Part shown: in pieces, positions 47,943 to 56,909 of the stretch
Numbering within the stretch: the first letter of the stretch is position 1
Layout of the letters: each line of letters begins with the position of its first letter
Source: Nitrospinota bacterium
Lineage (GTDB): Bacteria > UBA8248
Reading direction: 5' to 3'
Assembly: GCA_030754595.1 (NCBI GenBank)
Contig: JASLZZ010000130.1
Coordinates: forward strand, 1-57,855
DNA: 57,855 bases
Notes under the pieces: generated by a model
What the model saw: the letters and a program-made list of their open reading frames with translations, nothing else
The model's database searches: none
What the model was told of the DNA's origin: nothing
Translations under genes and position numbers: made by a program

Positions 47943-49139
47943 ATGATCAAAAAAACATCGCGCAAAAAATCACGGAGCGCCGCCGCCTTCCTCGGGTACC
48001 GCCGCCCCTCGGGCCCCCCCGGCGCGCGGAACCACCTCGCCGCCGTCAGCGTCATGGACAACACGAACCCGCTCGTGCGCCGCATCGGCTCGCTCCGTCG
48101 GGACGTCCTGGCGCTCAACACCACCTTCGGGCGCAATCTCATGGCAGATGATGAGACTCAGCATTTTCGCGTCATGGGCCACCTGGCGGGCCACCCCAAC
48201 GTGGGCGCGGCCCTCATCGTGGGTCTCGAGCCCGAGAGCGCGGCGAAAATGGCTGAGACGGCGGCCAAGGCCTCCCCCTGGATGCCGATCGAGATCGTCA
48301 CCGTCCAGGAGTCGGGCGGCACCCTCAAGACGACCGACCGGGCGCTCGAGGCGGCGGCCCGGCTGTCGGATCACCTGGCCTCGGCGCTCCGCGTGGAGTG
48401 CCCGCTGGGCGAGATCACCCTCGGCGCCGAGTGCGGAGGGTCGGACACCACGAACGGGCTGGTCTCCAACCCCGTCACGGGGATGCTGGCCGACAGACTC
48501 GTCGCCCGAGGGGGCGCGGTTATTTTCTCCGAGACGCTCGAGATCGTCGGGGCCGAACATCTGCTCGCCCGCCGCGCTGGGGACGCGAAAACCCGTCGCC
48601 GGCTGCTGGCGGGCGTGCGGCGCGCCCTCGACTATGCCGCCGGTGCGGGGGTGGACCTTATCGGCTGCAACCCGTCGGCAGACAATATCAAGGGCGGCAT
48701 CTCCTCCACCGAGGAAAAAAGCCTCGGCGCCGTGAAAAAAGGCGGCAGCGGCCCCATCAACGAGGTCGTCGGCGTCGGCGAGCGCCCCTCCCGTCGGGGG
48801 ACGATCTTCGCCGACGCGCCCTGCGGCGGGGTGGAGAACCTCACCTCGCTCTCGGCGAGCGGGGCCCAGGCGATCATCTTTTCCACCGGAATCGGAAACC
48901 CCATCGGACACCCCGTCTCCCCGACGATTCACGTCACCGGCAACCCGAGGACCGCCGCCCGCATGGCCGAGAACATCGACCTGGACCTGAGTGCGGTGAT
49001 TTCGGGCGGCATGGGGTTTGAGGAGGCGGCGGACCGCCTCGAGGCGGAGTTGATCGATGTTATGAGCGGAAAGCCGACCTGCGCGGAGGCCCTCGGCGAG
49101 ACCGAAATCACCGTCAGCCGCGCGGGGCTGAATCTATAG
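47943..49139 (+). CDS. UxaA/GarD/SuyB-family dehydratase or sulfo-lyase large subunit
   Basis: FLGYRRP.G..GARNH, GAECGGSD, NPSADNIKGGISSTEEKSLGA and FSTGIGNP. Start 47922 or 47943. Confidence 0.85.
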   Translation: MIKKTSRKKSRSAAAFLGYRRPSGPPGARNHLAAVSVMDNTNPLVRRIGSLRRDVLALNTTFGRNLMADDETQHFRVMGHLAGHPNVGAALIVGLEPESAAKMAETAAKASPWMPIEIVTVQESGGTLKTTDRALEAAARLSDHLASALRVECPLGEITLGAECGGSDTTNGLVSNPVTGMLADRLVARGGAVIFSETLEIVGAEHLLARRAGDAKTRRRLLAGVRRALDYAAGAGVDLIGCNPSADNIKGGISSTEEKSLGAVKKGGSGPINEVVGVGERPSRRGTIFADAPCGGVENLTSLSASGAQAIIFSTGIGNPIGHPVSPTIHVTGNPRTAARMAENIDLDLSAVISGGMGFEEAADRLEAELIDVMSGKPTCAEALGETEITVSRAGLNL

Positions 49140-49184
49140 GACTTCACTTATTCAAAGAGAGAACACTCAAAGGGAGAATCGTTC

Positions 49185-50399
49185 ATGGCCCAGGAAATCG
49201 CTCCCGTCCCGGTGGACGGAGACTACGTCGTCAATCTGGCCCGGGAACTGATCCGAATCCCGGCGGAGAACCCGCCCGGCGATTGCTCGGAGATCGCCGG
49301 CCGGATTTTGTCCGAACTCAAAACGCTCGGCGTGGATCGGATCGAGACCCACGAATTCAAAAGCGGGATGCCGAACTTCGTCATCCAGACCGGGGAGGAG
49401 GGAGCGGGCGACCACTTCGTCATCGGCGGCCATATGGACACCGTTCCCGTCCACCCCGAGGAGGTGGAGGCCTGGGAGGTCCCGCCCTTCAGCGGCGAGC
49501 TTCGCGGCGATGAAATCTGGGGACGCGGCGCGGCGGACATGAAGGGCGCGCTCGCCTCGACGCTCGGGGCCTTCAAGGCGCTGCGCGACGGGGGAGTCAA
49601 TATCCCCGGCAAGTTGACCTGGGTCCTTCTCTCCGACGGCGAGCACGGAGACCAGAACGGCGCGGCCACCCTCGCCGAGCGGGGCATCCTCAAGGAGATC
49701 GGCGGCGATATGGTCCTCTACACCGAATCGACCTCGAACAACATCATTCGCTCCTTCAAGGGCCGGATATTCTTCGAGGTCAAGGTGCGGGGGCGCTCGG
49801 TCCACGTCAGCGTCCCCGACAAGGGAATCAACGCCATCGAAAAAATGTCGCGGATCGTCGAGACCTTCAAGGCGGATCTTCTGGGCACGGAGCCCCACCC
49901 CTTCCTCGGGCCGTGCACCCTGACCTTCTCGACGATTCAGGGCGGCTCGGCGGTGAACGTCGTGGGCGGGCGGTGCGCCGCGACTTTCGATGTCCGGATG
50001 ATCCCCGGACAAACCTCCGCCGGCGTGCGCGACATGCTTCGGGGGGTTCTGGAAAACATGAAAAAAGACGACCCGGAGCTGGACGCCTCCCTCGACATCA
50101 TTCTCAGCGGGGCGCGGGAGGTGACCGAAATCGCCGGGGACGAGCCCGTGGTCCGCCTGATGGAAAAGGTGGTGCCCGCCGTGCGGGGGAGGCCGAACGA
50201 GTTCCTGCCCGGAATCGAGTCGCCGGGGGCGCTGCGCCTGTTCATCGACAACGGGGTTCCGGGAATCTTCTTCGGGCCGGGCGGGTTCATCTCGGAGGCC
50301 CACCTACCCAACGAGCGGGTGCCCGCCCGGAACCTCATCGACGCGGCCGGGATGTTCGCCACCGCCGCGCGGGCCGTCACCGGCCGGGAGGCGTACTAG
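49185..50399 (+). CDS. M20 ArgE/DapE-like amidohydrolase
   Basis: GHMDTVP, GRGAADMKG, GRSVH, GGSAVNVV and AHLPNE. Confidence 0.85.
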   Translation: MAQEIAPVPVDGDYVVNLARELIRIPAENPPGDCSEIAGRILSELKTLGVDRIETHEFKSGMPNFVIQTGEEGAGDHFVIGGHMDTVPVHPEEVEAWEVPPFSGELRGDEIWGRGAADMKGALASTLGAFKALRDGGVNIPGKLTWVLLSDGEHGDQNGAATLAERGILKEIGGDMVLYTESTSNNIIRSFKGRIFFEVKVRGRSVHVSVPDKGINAIEKMSRIVETFKADLLGTEPHPFLGPCTLTFSTIQGGSAVNVVGGRCAATFDVRMIPGQTSAGVRDMLRGVLENMKKDDPELDASLDIILSGAREVTEIAGDEPVVRLMEKVVPAVRGRPNEFLPGIESPGALRLFIDNGVPGIFFGPGGFISEAHLPNERVPARNLIDAAGMFATAARAVTGREAY

Positions 50400-50412
50400 G
50401 ACGCGAGGCGTA

Positions 50413-50850
50413 CTAGGACGCCTCATTACTCAGGGCCGGCGGGGGCGCCATCGTGAACACTTTTTCCGGGCGAATTTTATAGAGCACGCGCACCTGGCCG
50501 GGCTGGCGGTTCTGATAGGTCTCGGTGCCGAGGTATTTCCTTGCCAGCGCGTCGATGTGGGCCTCGGCCCCCTCCTCGGTAATCTCCACGACCGTCCCCT
50601 TGATCCCCAGCCAGCAGAACGGGTCTTCCGGATCGACGATGGCGGCGGCGACGGCGGGCCGGGAGCGCATCACCTTGTCCTTGAGGCGGCCCCTGGCCGA
50701 ATTGATCCGGATCAAATCGCCCTCGGTGTCGAACCATACGGGCGAGACCTGCGGGGTGCCGTCCTTCAGGACGAGCGCCAGATGGAGCAGCGCCTTGCTC
50801 TCGAGAATATGGGCGTGACTATCGGGGACCTGGGCTGCGGATTCCGGCAT
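50413..50850 (-). CDS. PPOX-class (F420-dependent-like) split-barrel oxidoreductase
   Basis: DGTPQVSPVW, GRLKDK and HIDALARKYLG. Confidence 0.82.
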   Translation of the reverse strand: MPESAAQVPDSHAHILESKALLHLALVLKDGTPQVSPVWFDTEGDLIRINSARGRLKDKVMRSRPAVAAAIVDPEDPFCWLGIKGTVVEITEEGAEAHIDALARKYLGTETYQNRQPGQVRVLYKIRPEKVFTMAPPPALSNEAS

Positions 50851-51099
50851 GTCGTATCTCCCTTTCCGGGAAATGAAAAATGGCAAAAGAAATAACGCGG
50901 GACGAAACGCTCAACCCCGCAAAGCGGGCGCATGACCTCGATCACCTTGCCGGTCCGGCCGCCGCCGCTATGAATTACCGATGGGTAGCTATAAGTAAAA
51001 TGTGATATATCCGATGGATCGTCAAGACGCGCGCCCGGGCTACTCTATCGGCCGGCGCCGTTTCACCTCTCGCACGGGACCCGGTCGCATGAGATCCGG

Positions 51100-51849
51100 A
51101 TGAATCTTCTTCTCGTATTCCTGGCGGCCTTCGTCGGTTCGGGCCTGAAGGCCATCGGCGGCTTTGGCTTCGCTACGCTGACCACCCCCGCGGTGGCGAT
51201 CTTCTGGAGCGTTCCGACCGCGATCGCGGTGATTTCGGTTCCCACCCTGCTGACCAGCCTTCTCAACGGCTGGCGCACGCGCTCGGCGGCCGCGGAGGGG
51301 CTGGTGCCGTTCGCTCCCTTCTTCCTCGCCGGGCTGGCCGGCCTGGCCCTTGGCCTGACCGTCCTTTTCAACGCCGACGCCCGGCTCATGAAATTTTTCC
51401 TGGGCGCGTTCCTGATCGGTCAGGTCCTCTGGCAGTGGACCCACCCGGAGAGCGCGAAGCCGCCCGGGGCCTCCCCTCTCCGGGGAATCGGGATGGGTCT
51501 TCTCGCGGGCGTCATGCTCGGCACCGTCGGCATGCCCTCGCACGGCATCGCCGCCTATCTGACAGGCCTGAATCTTTCAAAAACCCGCTACCTTTTCGTT
51601 CTGAGCGCCGCCCAGGTGATCCTCCGCGCGGCGGTCATCGCATCGCTCCTCGCGGCGGGGACCTTCTCCAGGGACTCGCTCCTTCTGATTGCGGCCGTCA
51701 CCATTCCGGTGTTTTCGGGCTTTTTCGTGGGCACCCTCCTCTTCGCCCGGCTGCCGGAGCGGGCGTTTTTCAGGGCGGTGACGGCGGCGCTTCTGGCGAT
51801 GGCGGTCTCTCTCGTCGCCGCCAATTGGAGCGTACTTTTGGCTTCTTAG
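51100..51849 (+). CDS. TauE/SafE (TSUP) family membrane transporter
   Basis: KAIGGFGFA N-terminal motif and multiple hydrophobic helices. Confidence 0.75.
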   Translation: MNLLLVFLAAFVGSGLKAIGGFGFATLTTPAVAIFWSVPTAIAVISVPTLLTSLLNGWRTRSAAAEGLVPFAPFFLAGLAGLALGLTVLFNADARLMKFFLGAFLIGQVLWQWTHPESAKPPGASPLRGIGMGLLAGVMLGTVGMPSHGIAAYLTGLNLSKTRYLFVLSAAQVILRAAVIASLLAAGTFSRDSLLLIAAVTIPVFSGFFVGTLLFARLPERAFFRAVTAALLAMAVSLVAANWSVLLAS

Positions 51850-51974
51850 GGCCTAGACAGCCCAAATTGACGCGGCCTTTCCCTTTGAAGTAACTTAAGG
51901 GCCATCCATATGACATCCCACCATTGGGCCGGAGCGAAAGCGTTCAGCTTTTTTATGCCGCAAGGGGAAGGGTT

Positions 51975-52727
51975 ATGCCTGCGAAAGTCAGCATCAAGAA
52001 TCTCACGATGGACTACATGCTCAAGGACAGTGTGGTCACCGCCTTGAAGGACATCAACCTGGATATCAAGGACGGTGAGTTTTTATGCGTGGTGGGCCTA
52101 TCGGGCTGCGGAAAAACGACCCTGCTCAATATTCTCGGCGGCTTTTTCCCGCACACGGAGGGGGAAATCCTACTGGACGGAAAGCCCATCACCGATGCCG
52201 TGCGGATGAACCGCGGCGTCGTTTTTCAGGAGTACGCCCTTTTCCCCTGGCGCACCGCCCTCAAAAACGTCGAGTTCGGCCTCGAGATGAAGGGGATGGA
52301 ACCCAAGCTGCGCGAGGAGACCGCGAAGAAGTACATCGAACTCGTTCACCTCGAGAAATTCGCGCATCTTTATCCGCACAACCTCTCGGGCGGGATGAAG
52401 CAGCGTGTGGCCGTGGCGCGGGCCTACGCCTATGAGCCCGAGTTTTTGCTGATGGACGAGCCCTTCGGCGCCCTCGACGCACAGACGCGGGAAAATCTCC
52501 AGGAGATGACCATCGAGGTGTGGCAGCAGACGCACAAAACCATCTTCTACGTGACGCACAATCTGGGCGAGGCCGTCTATCTGGCCGACCGGATCATCGT
52601 CCTCGCCGGGCAGCCAGGCGTCATCCACAAGGAAATCCGGGTGGACCTGCCCCGGCCCCGCGATCCGTTCGACCCGAAGGTGATCGAACTGGAGCGCCAG
52701 ACCACCGAGGCCGTCCGGGGAAATTAA
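51975..52727 (+). CDS. NitT/TauT family ABC ATP-binding protein
   Basis: GLSGCGKTT, VFQEYALFPW, LSGGMKQR and DEPFGALD. Confidence 0.92.
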   Translation: MPAKVSIKNLTMDYMLKDSVVTALKDINLDIKDGEFLCVVGLSGCGKTTLLNILGGFFPHTEGEILLDGKPITDAVRMNRGVVFQEYALFPWRTALKNVEFGLEMKGMEPKLREETAKKYIELVHLEKFAHLYPHNLSGGMKQRVAVARAYAYEPEFLLMDEPFGALDAQTRENLQEMTIEVWQQTHKTIFYVTHNLGEAVYLADRIIVLAGQPGVIHKEIRVDLPRPRDPFDPKVIELERQTTEAVRGN

Positions 52728-52751
52728 TCGATTGCGGGTCCACTGAAGAAT

Positions 52752-52786
52752 AAAAAAAAAAGCCGGCCCTTCGGAGCCGGCTTTTT
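52752..52786. terminator. Bidirectional intrinsic terminator
   Basis: A10-gccggc..ttcg..gccggc-T5 between convergent genes. Confidence 0.85.
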
Positions 52787-52800
52787 AGTCTTATCCGCCG

Positions 52801-53667
52801 CTAGCCGGCGCCGGTGCCGCCGCCGACTTCTTCCATCATGCCCCATTTCACGACGGTGACTTTTTCGAGCTTCTCGAAGATGAACTTTTCCATCATGAAA
52901 CCGACCAAGGCGATGCAGGCGATGCCCACCAACATGAAGGCCGTATCCAGGTCCTCACGGCTGTCGAAAATCGAGTAGCCCAGGCCCCAGTCGCTGGCCG
53001 CGACCATCTCGCCCGCGATGCCGGCCCGCCAGGCGCGCGCCAGGCCGATGCGGATTCCGGAGAGAATGAACGGCAGAGCGCCGGGAAATATCACCTTCCA
53101 GAACAGCGTCATGCCCCGGGCATCCATCGATCGCGCCGCCCGTATCCAAATGGGATTCACCGTTTTCACGCCCGTCCACGTCGAAGAGATAGCCGGGAGC
53201 GCGGCCGCGAAGGCCGTGATGAAAATCATGGTGGTATTTCCGAGGCCAAACCAGAGCACCAGAATCGGGCTCCAGGCCAGCGCCGGGATCGGGAGGAGCA
53301 TGCTCAGTATCGGAACCATCAATCTTTCGAACCAGGCGACCCGCCCCATCGCGATGCCGATGGAAATCCCGGCCACGGTCGCAATCGCCATCCCGACCAT
53401 GATCCGCCAGGCCGTATGGTAGATGTGGACACACAAGATACAGGCCGGCGCATCCTCGAACTTGACGAAAATCACCTCGTAGGCCCGGTAAACAATGGGA
53501 CCCACCCGTGGAAACAAGGCGGGCTCAGCGACGTACATTGCGATGAGCTCCCAGCCCGCGATTAGCAGGATAAAACTCGGTACATTGTCGAAAATCCATT
53601 TGACCGTCTTTTCCTTGGTGGATAATTCAACTGGAAGCTTCACTTCATCGTGTGTGGCTACTGCCAT
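52801..53667 (-). CDS. NitT/TauT family ABC permease
   Basis: PIPALAWSP..LWFGLG, IRAARSMDA and PGALPFILSG..GEMVA. Confidence 0.9.
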   Translation of the reverse strand: MAVATHDEVKLPVELSTKEKTVKWIFDNVPSFILLIAGWELIAMYVAEPALFPRVGPIVYRAYEVIFVKFEDAPACILCVHIYHTAWRIMVGMAIATVAGISIGIAMGRVAWFERLMVPILSMLLPIPALAWSPILVLWFGLGNTTMIFITAFAAALPAISSTWTGVKTVNPIWIRAARSMDARGMTLFWKVIFPGALPFILSGIRIGLARAWRAGIAGEMVAASDWGLGYSIFDSREDLDTAFMLVGIACIALVGFMMEKFIFEKLEKVTVVKWGMMEEVGGGTGAG

Positions 53668-53804
53668 CGGAATTCTCCTTCCGCTATTTATCCCCATTCC
53701 ACGGAAAAGGGGACCTCTGTGTACCGGAAAAATTTTGCTCCAAACAACATATCACACCCGCAAGCAGTCACTGGAGCGGGGGATGCGCTGTGCTCGCCTC
53801 CCGC

Positions 53805-54350
53805 CTAGTTCCGGGCGCGGGCCGATTTCTTTTTCGGGGCGGCCTTCTTTTTCACGCTCTTTCGGGCCGTTTTTTTCTTTTGCCCGGGCAAAGGCTTGGA
53901 CTTGAGAGACTTGCCCGAACTCTTTAAATCGACGGCGATTTTTTCGTATTTCGCGGCGACTTTTTTCCTCGCCCCCTTGCCGAGATAGGCGCCCACGACG
54001 CTGTCGTCGTCGGGATCGCCCTCGATTCCCCATGCGGTGTCCTTGGCCACGATGAAAATAACATCCTCATCGTCGGTGGCCACCATACTGTGGAGCGCGT
54101 TCGCGGGGATGTGGATGATCCCGCCCGTCTTCACGGTCTTGCGCTTGCCTTCGATCATGGCCTTGAGGGTGCCCTTGTGCACGAGGATGAACTGCTCGTT
54201 CGCATGGCGGTGGGGGCGGCTGCCCGTCCCGGCGGGTTTGTCGATGATGCCGAAAAGCATCCGCTCGCCGGTGGCCCAAACGCCCTCGGAGGTGCTGTAG
54301 GTCGCCCCGGCCAGGGCGCGCTTCATCTTCTTCGGATCATAGAAAGGCAT
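53805..54350 (-). CDS. Cupin domain protein with Lys-rich tail
   Basis: GSRPHRHANEQF and HIPANALH; tail KKKTARKSVKKKAAPKKK. Confidence 0.82.
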   Translation of the reverse strand: MPFYDPKKMKRALAGATYSTSEGVWATGERMLFGIIDKPAGTGSRPHRHANEQFILVHKGTLKAMIEGKRKTVKTGGIIHIPANALHSMVATDDEDVIFIVAKDTAWGIEGDPDDDSVVGAYLGKGARKKVAAKYEKIAVDLKSSGKSLKSKPLPGQKKKTARKSVKKKAAPKKKSARARN

Positions 54351-54423
54351 GTTGATCTCCATTCATGAAGGCACCCCTCTCACGGGGGGTCCCCTCCGGT
54401 TATCTCCTGCGCGTCAAGAGGAG

Positions 54424-55476
54424 TTAAATTTTCTTCGTTTTGGTGGCGATGGCGAATCCCTTGTTCCCCACCTCCACCGGCCCGCTGCACCGGCTAAAAA
54501 ACAGAATTCCATCCGAAGGACTCCTCAGCTCCTCGGTCACCTCCAGCGTATATGGGTCGAGCATCTCCCCAAGGAGCTGCCCCTTTCTCACCCGCCCACC
54601 GATATCGGCGAAGCGGGTTTTCCGGGAGAGCAGATAGCCCCCCGCCGAGGGGTTCACCTCGGCCCGGTGGGAAACGTCGAAATACGTCAGCCGCGAGCGC
54701 CGCTCCCGCCCGGCCAGCATCCCCAGGTGAACCATCAGGTTCCAGAGCCCCTCCTCGAGGCATCGGCGGTAGAGCGCCTCCTCGGCCTCGGGCAGGTAGG
54801 CTCCGCCGATCTCAACGCTGATGGCGGGAATCCCCCGGGAGAGCGCGTAGCCCGGCGCGCTCGCCTTTGAGAGCGGAACGCCGTGGACCAGCCCCGCCCC
54901 GCCCCTCGCGAACGCAAGGGCCATGGTGCGGGCCTTTTTTCCCGCCGAGCCCTTGACCTCCGGGTCTTTGACCCCCGGGTCCATGTCCACCCGGTTCTGA
55001 ATCCGCCCGGCCCGGCCGCCCGAGTGGAACTCCGCGAAAAAATCCGCGTTATCGATCAGCGCCTCCCGGATTTTGGCGGCGTAGCGCTGCGTCAGCGTCC
55101 CCTTCGGGTTTCCGGGAAAAGCGCCCCAGAGGTTCGTCTGCTCGTGCTGGTCGGGGGACTGCCGGGAGAAATCCGCGAAAGCGAACGGATTCGCCACCGG
55201 GATCATCAGCAGCGTTCCGCGAAATTTCTCAGCGTCGATTTTTTTCAGCACATTATGGAGGGCACGGACCGGCTGGGGCTCGTCCCCGTGCACGCAGGCC
55301 TGGACGGCGAGCACCGGCCCGGAGGATGCGCCCCGGACGCAATGAAGGGGCAGCGCCGTCTCCCCGCCCCCCAGCATCCCGGCGATGGGCAAGGGAATAT
55401 ATCCCCTGAACCCCGGCTCAATTTCCCCGCCATCTATTAATAAAGATTCGCGTTTCGGTGGATTAATCCGGCGCAT
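54424..55476 (-). CDS. Succinylglutamate desuccinylase/aspartoacylase (M14-like) family deacylase
   Basis: ACVHGDE, IPVANP, EFHSGG, SVEIGG and a C-terminal barrel-sandwich domain. Confidence 0.85.
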   Translation of the reverse strand: MRRINPPKRESLLIDGGEIEPGFRGYIPLPIAGMLGGGETALPLHCVRGASSGPVLAVQACVHGDEPQPVRALHNVLKKIDAEKFRGTLLMIPVANPFAFADFSRQSPDQHEQTNLWGAFPGNPKGTLTQRYAAKIREALIDNADFFAEFHSGGRAGRIQNRVDMDPGVKDPEVKGSAGKKARTMALAFARGGAGLVHGVPLSKASAPGYALSRGIPAISVEIGGAYLPEAEEALYRRCLEEGLWNLMVHLGMLAGRERRSRLTYFDVSHRAEVNPSAGGYLLSRKTRFADIGGRVRKGQLLGEMLDPYTLEVTEELRSPSDGILFFSRCSGPVEVGNKGFAIATKTKKI

Positions 55477-55580
55477 GCCATATCCCTAATCAACCACGGC
55501 GGGGGGGAGATGCCGCTCGCATCCCCTGCCCCGCCGCGGGATATCCTCAAAACCAATTTCCGGCGAATCAACTTAAAAAA

Positions 55581-56582
55581 CTAGTTGGCCGGTTCCTTCC
55601 AGCCTTCCGCCTTTATGGCTTCCTTCACCATGGTCAGGTCCATGCCGTCCTTGCGAAGGTCGACGGTCCGCTTGGCCTTTCTCAGCTTGAGCAGAACGCC
55701 CCCCATGAAGTCAAACCACTTGTAATCTTTTTCGCTGGGAAGAAGCCTTATATCCAGATCGTTCACCGAGGCCGTTACGACGCCCAGGGACATCTTCGCG
55801 CCCTTGGACCGCAGGTGGGAACGGTAAACCTTGGCAAATTTCGCGCGGTCCGTCTGATGCAGCTTCAAGCCGCGAATGAAGCCTCGGAGAAACTGAACAT
55901 ACTGGGCACGCTTGGCTTTCAGGGTTTTTCCGTTGCCCATGATGATCCAGAGATTGTTCGCGTACTTGCAGAAGGTTTCCACCGAGCGCGCGATTCCCAT
56001 TTCGATTGCGATGGCCGCCTGGGGGTTGTTCAGGCCGATCATATCGACCGTCTTCGATTTCAGGGCGGCGATACGGGTGTCGTTGTTCATGTTGATAACC
56101 GTGTAGTCTTTCGTCGTCATTCCGTACTTGGGAAGGACGAAATTCTTGAAGGTGAAGTATGTCCCGGTCGCTTTTCCGATGCCAAGTTTTTTGCCCTTCA
56201 GGCCCGCCACGGATTTGATGGGAGAGTTTGGTTCAACGAGCAGGCGGTTCGCCTTGCACCAGTAATTGGCGTTGGCGATTCCCTTGATACTAGCTTGCTT
56301 CGAAATCGCGGAATAAAATGCCCGGTCCGCGGCGCCGCCAACGTCGAGTGCGTTGGCCAGAACCGCCTGGCGCATCAATTTTCCCTGGGCGAACTGTTTG
56401 ATGGAGTATTTTCCCTTGCCCAATGTATCGTTGAAATAGCCCATCTTGTGGGCGACGACGGTGATGGCGCCCATGACGGAGCGATGGTGGCCGATGCGGA
56501 ACTTCGCGGCCATGGCCGCCGGCGAAGCGGCGATTGTAGCGATGAGGGCAAGGGCCGCTATCGCCATGATCTTCTTGTACAT
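55581..56582 (-). CDS. NitT/TauT family ABC substrate-binding protein
   Basis: Signal peptide, SPIKSVAGLKGKKLG and ALKSKTVD; GGAGG RBS. Confidence 0.85.
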   Translation of the reverse strand: MYKKIMAIAALALIATIAASPAAMAAKFRIGHHRSVMGAITVVAHKMGYFNDTLGKGKYSIKQFAQGKLMRQAVLANALDVGGAADRAFYSAISKQASIKGIANANYWCKANRLLVEPNSPIKSVAGLKGKKLGIGKATGTYFTFKNFVLPKYGMTTKDYTVINMNNDTRIAALKSKTVDMIGLNNPQAAIAIEMGIARSVETFCKYANNLWIIMGNGKTLKAKRAQYVQFLRGFIRGLKLHQTDRAKFAKVYRSHLRSKGAKMSLGVVTASVNDLDIRLLPSEKDYKWFDFMGGVLLKLRKAKRTVDLRKDGMDLTMVKEAIKAEGWKEPAN

Positions 56583-56909
56583 GGTCATTACCTCCGGTGA
56601 AACTGAGAAAAATTTCCAGTCCACAGGCCAATCGAAAAAAACCTATCCGCTTGGAGCCGCAAACGGATAAGGGCGCTACACTTACATCCGACAAACATTA
56701 TCGATTCCGGGTATGGAAAAAAAAAGCGCCCCCTCTCCGGACATTAAAAAGACCGCGCACTCCGACGGACGCGCTCTTCACCCTCTAAATTCAAAAAATG
56801 ATATAGTAAACTTAACATTCAACTGTACAACATTCAAGATTTTTCATTTATTCCCCCTGTTTCCGGGGGTTGGAGGGCGCCGGCGCCTTTCACCGGAGGA
56901 CGATTTAAA

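Noticed and set aside
50413..50850. Proof of F420 use
   Set aside because: The family assignment alone does not fix the cofactor, and no cof/fbi genes are in the window.
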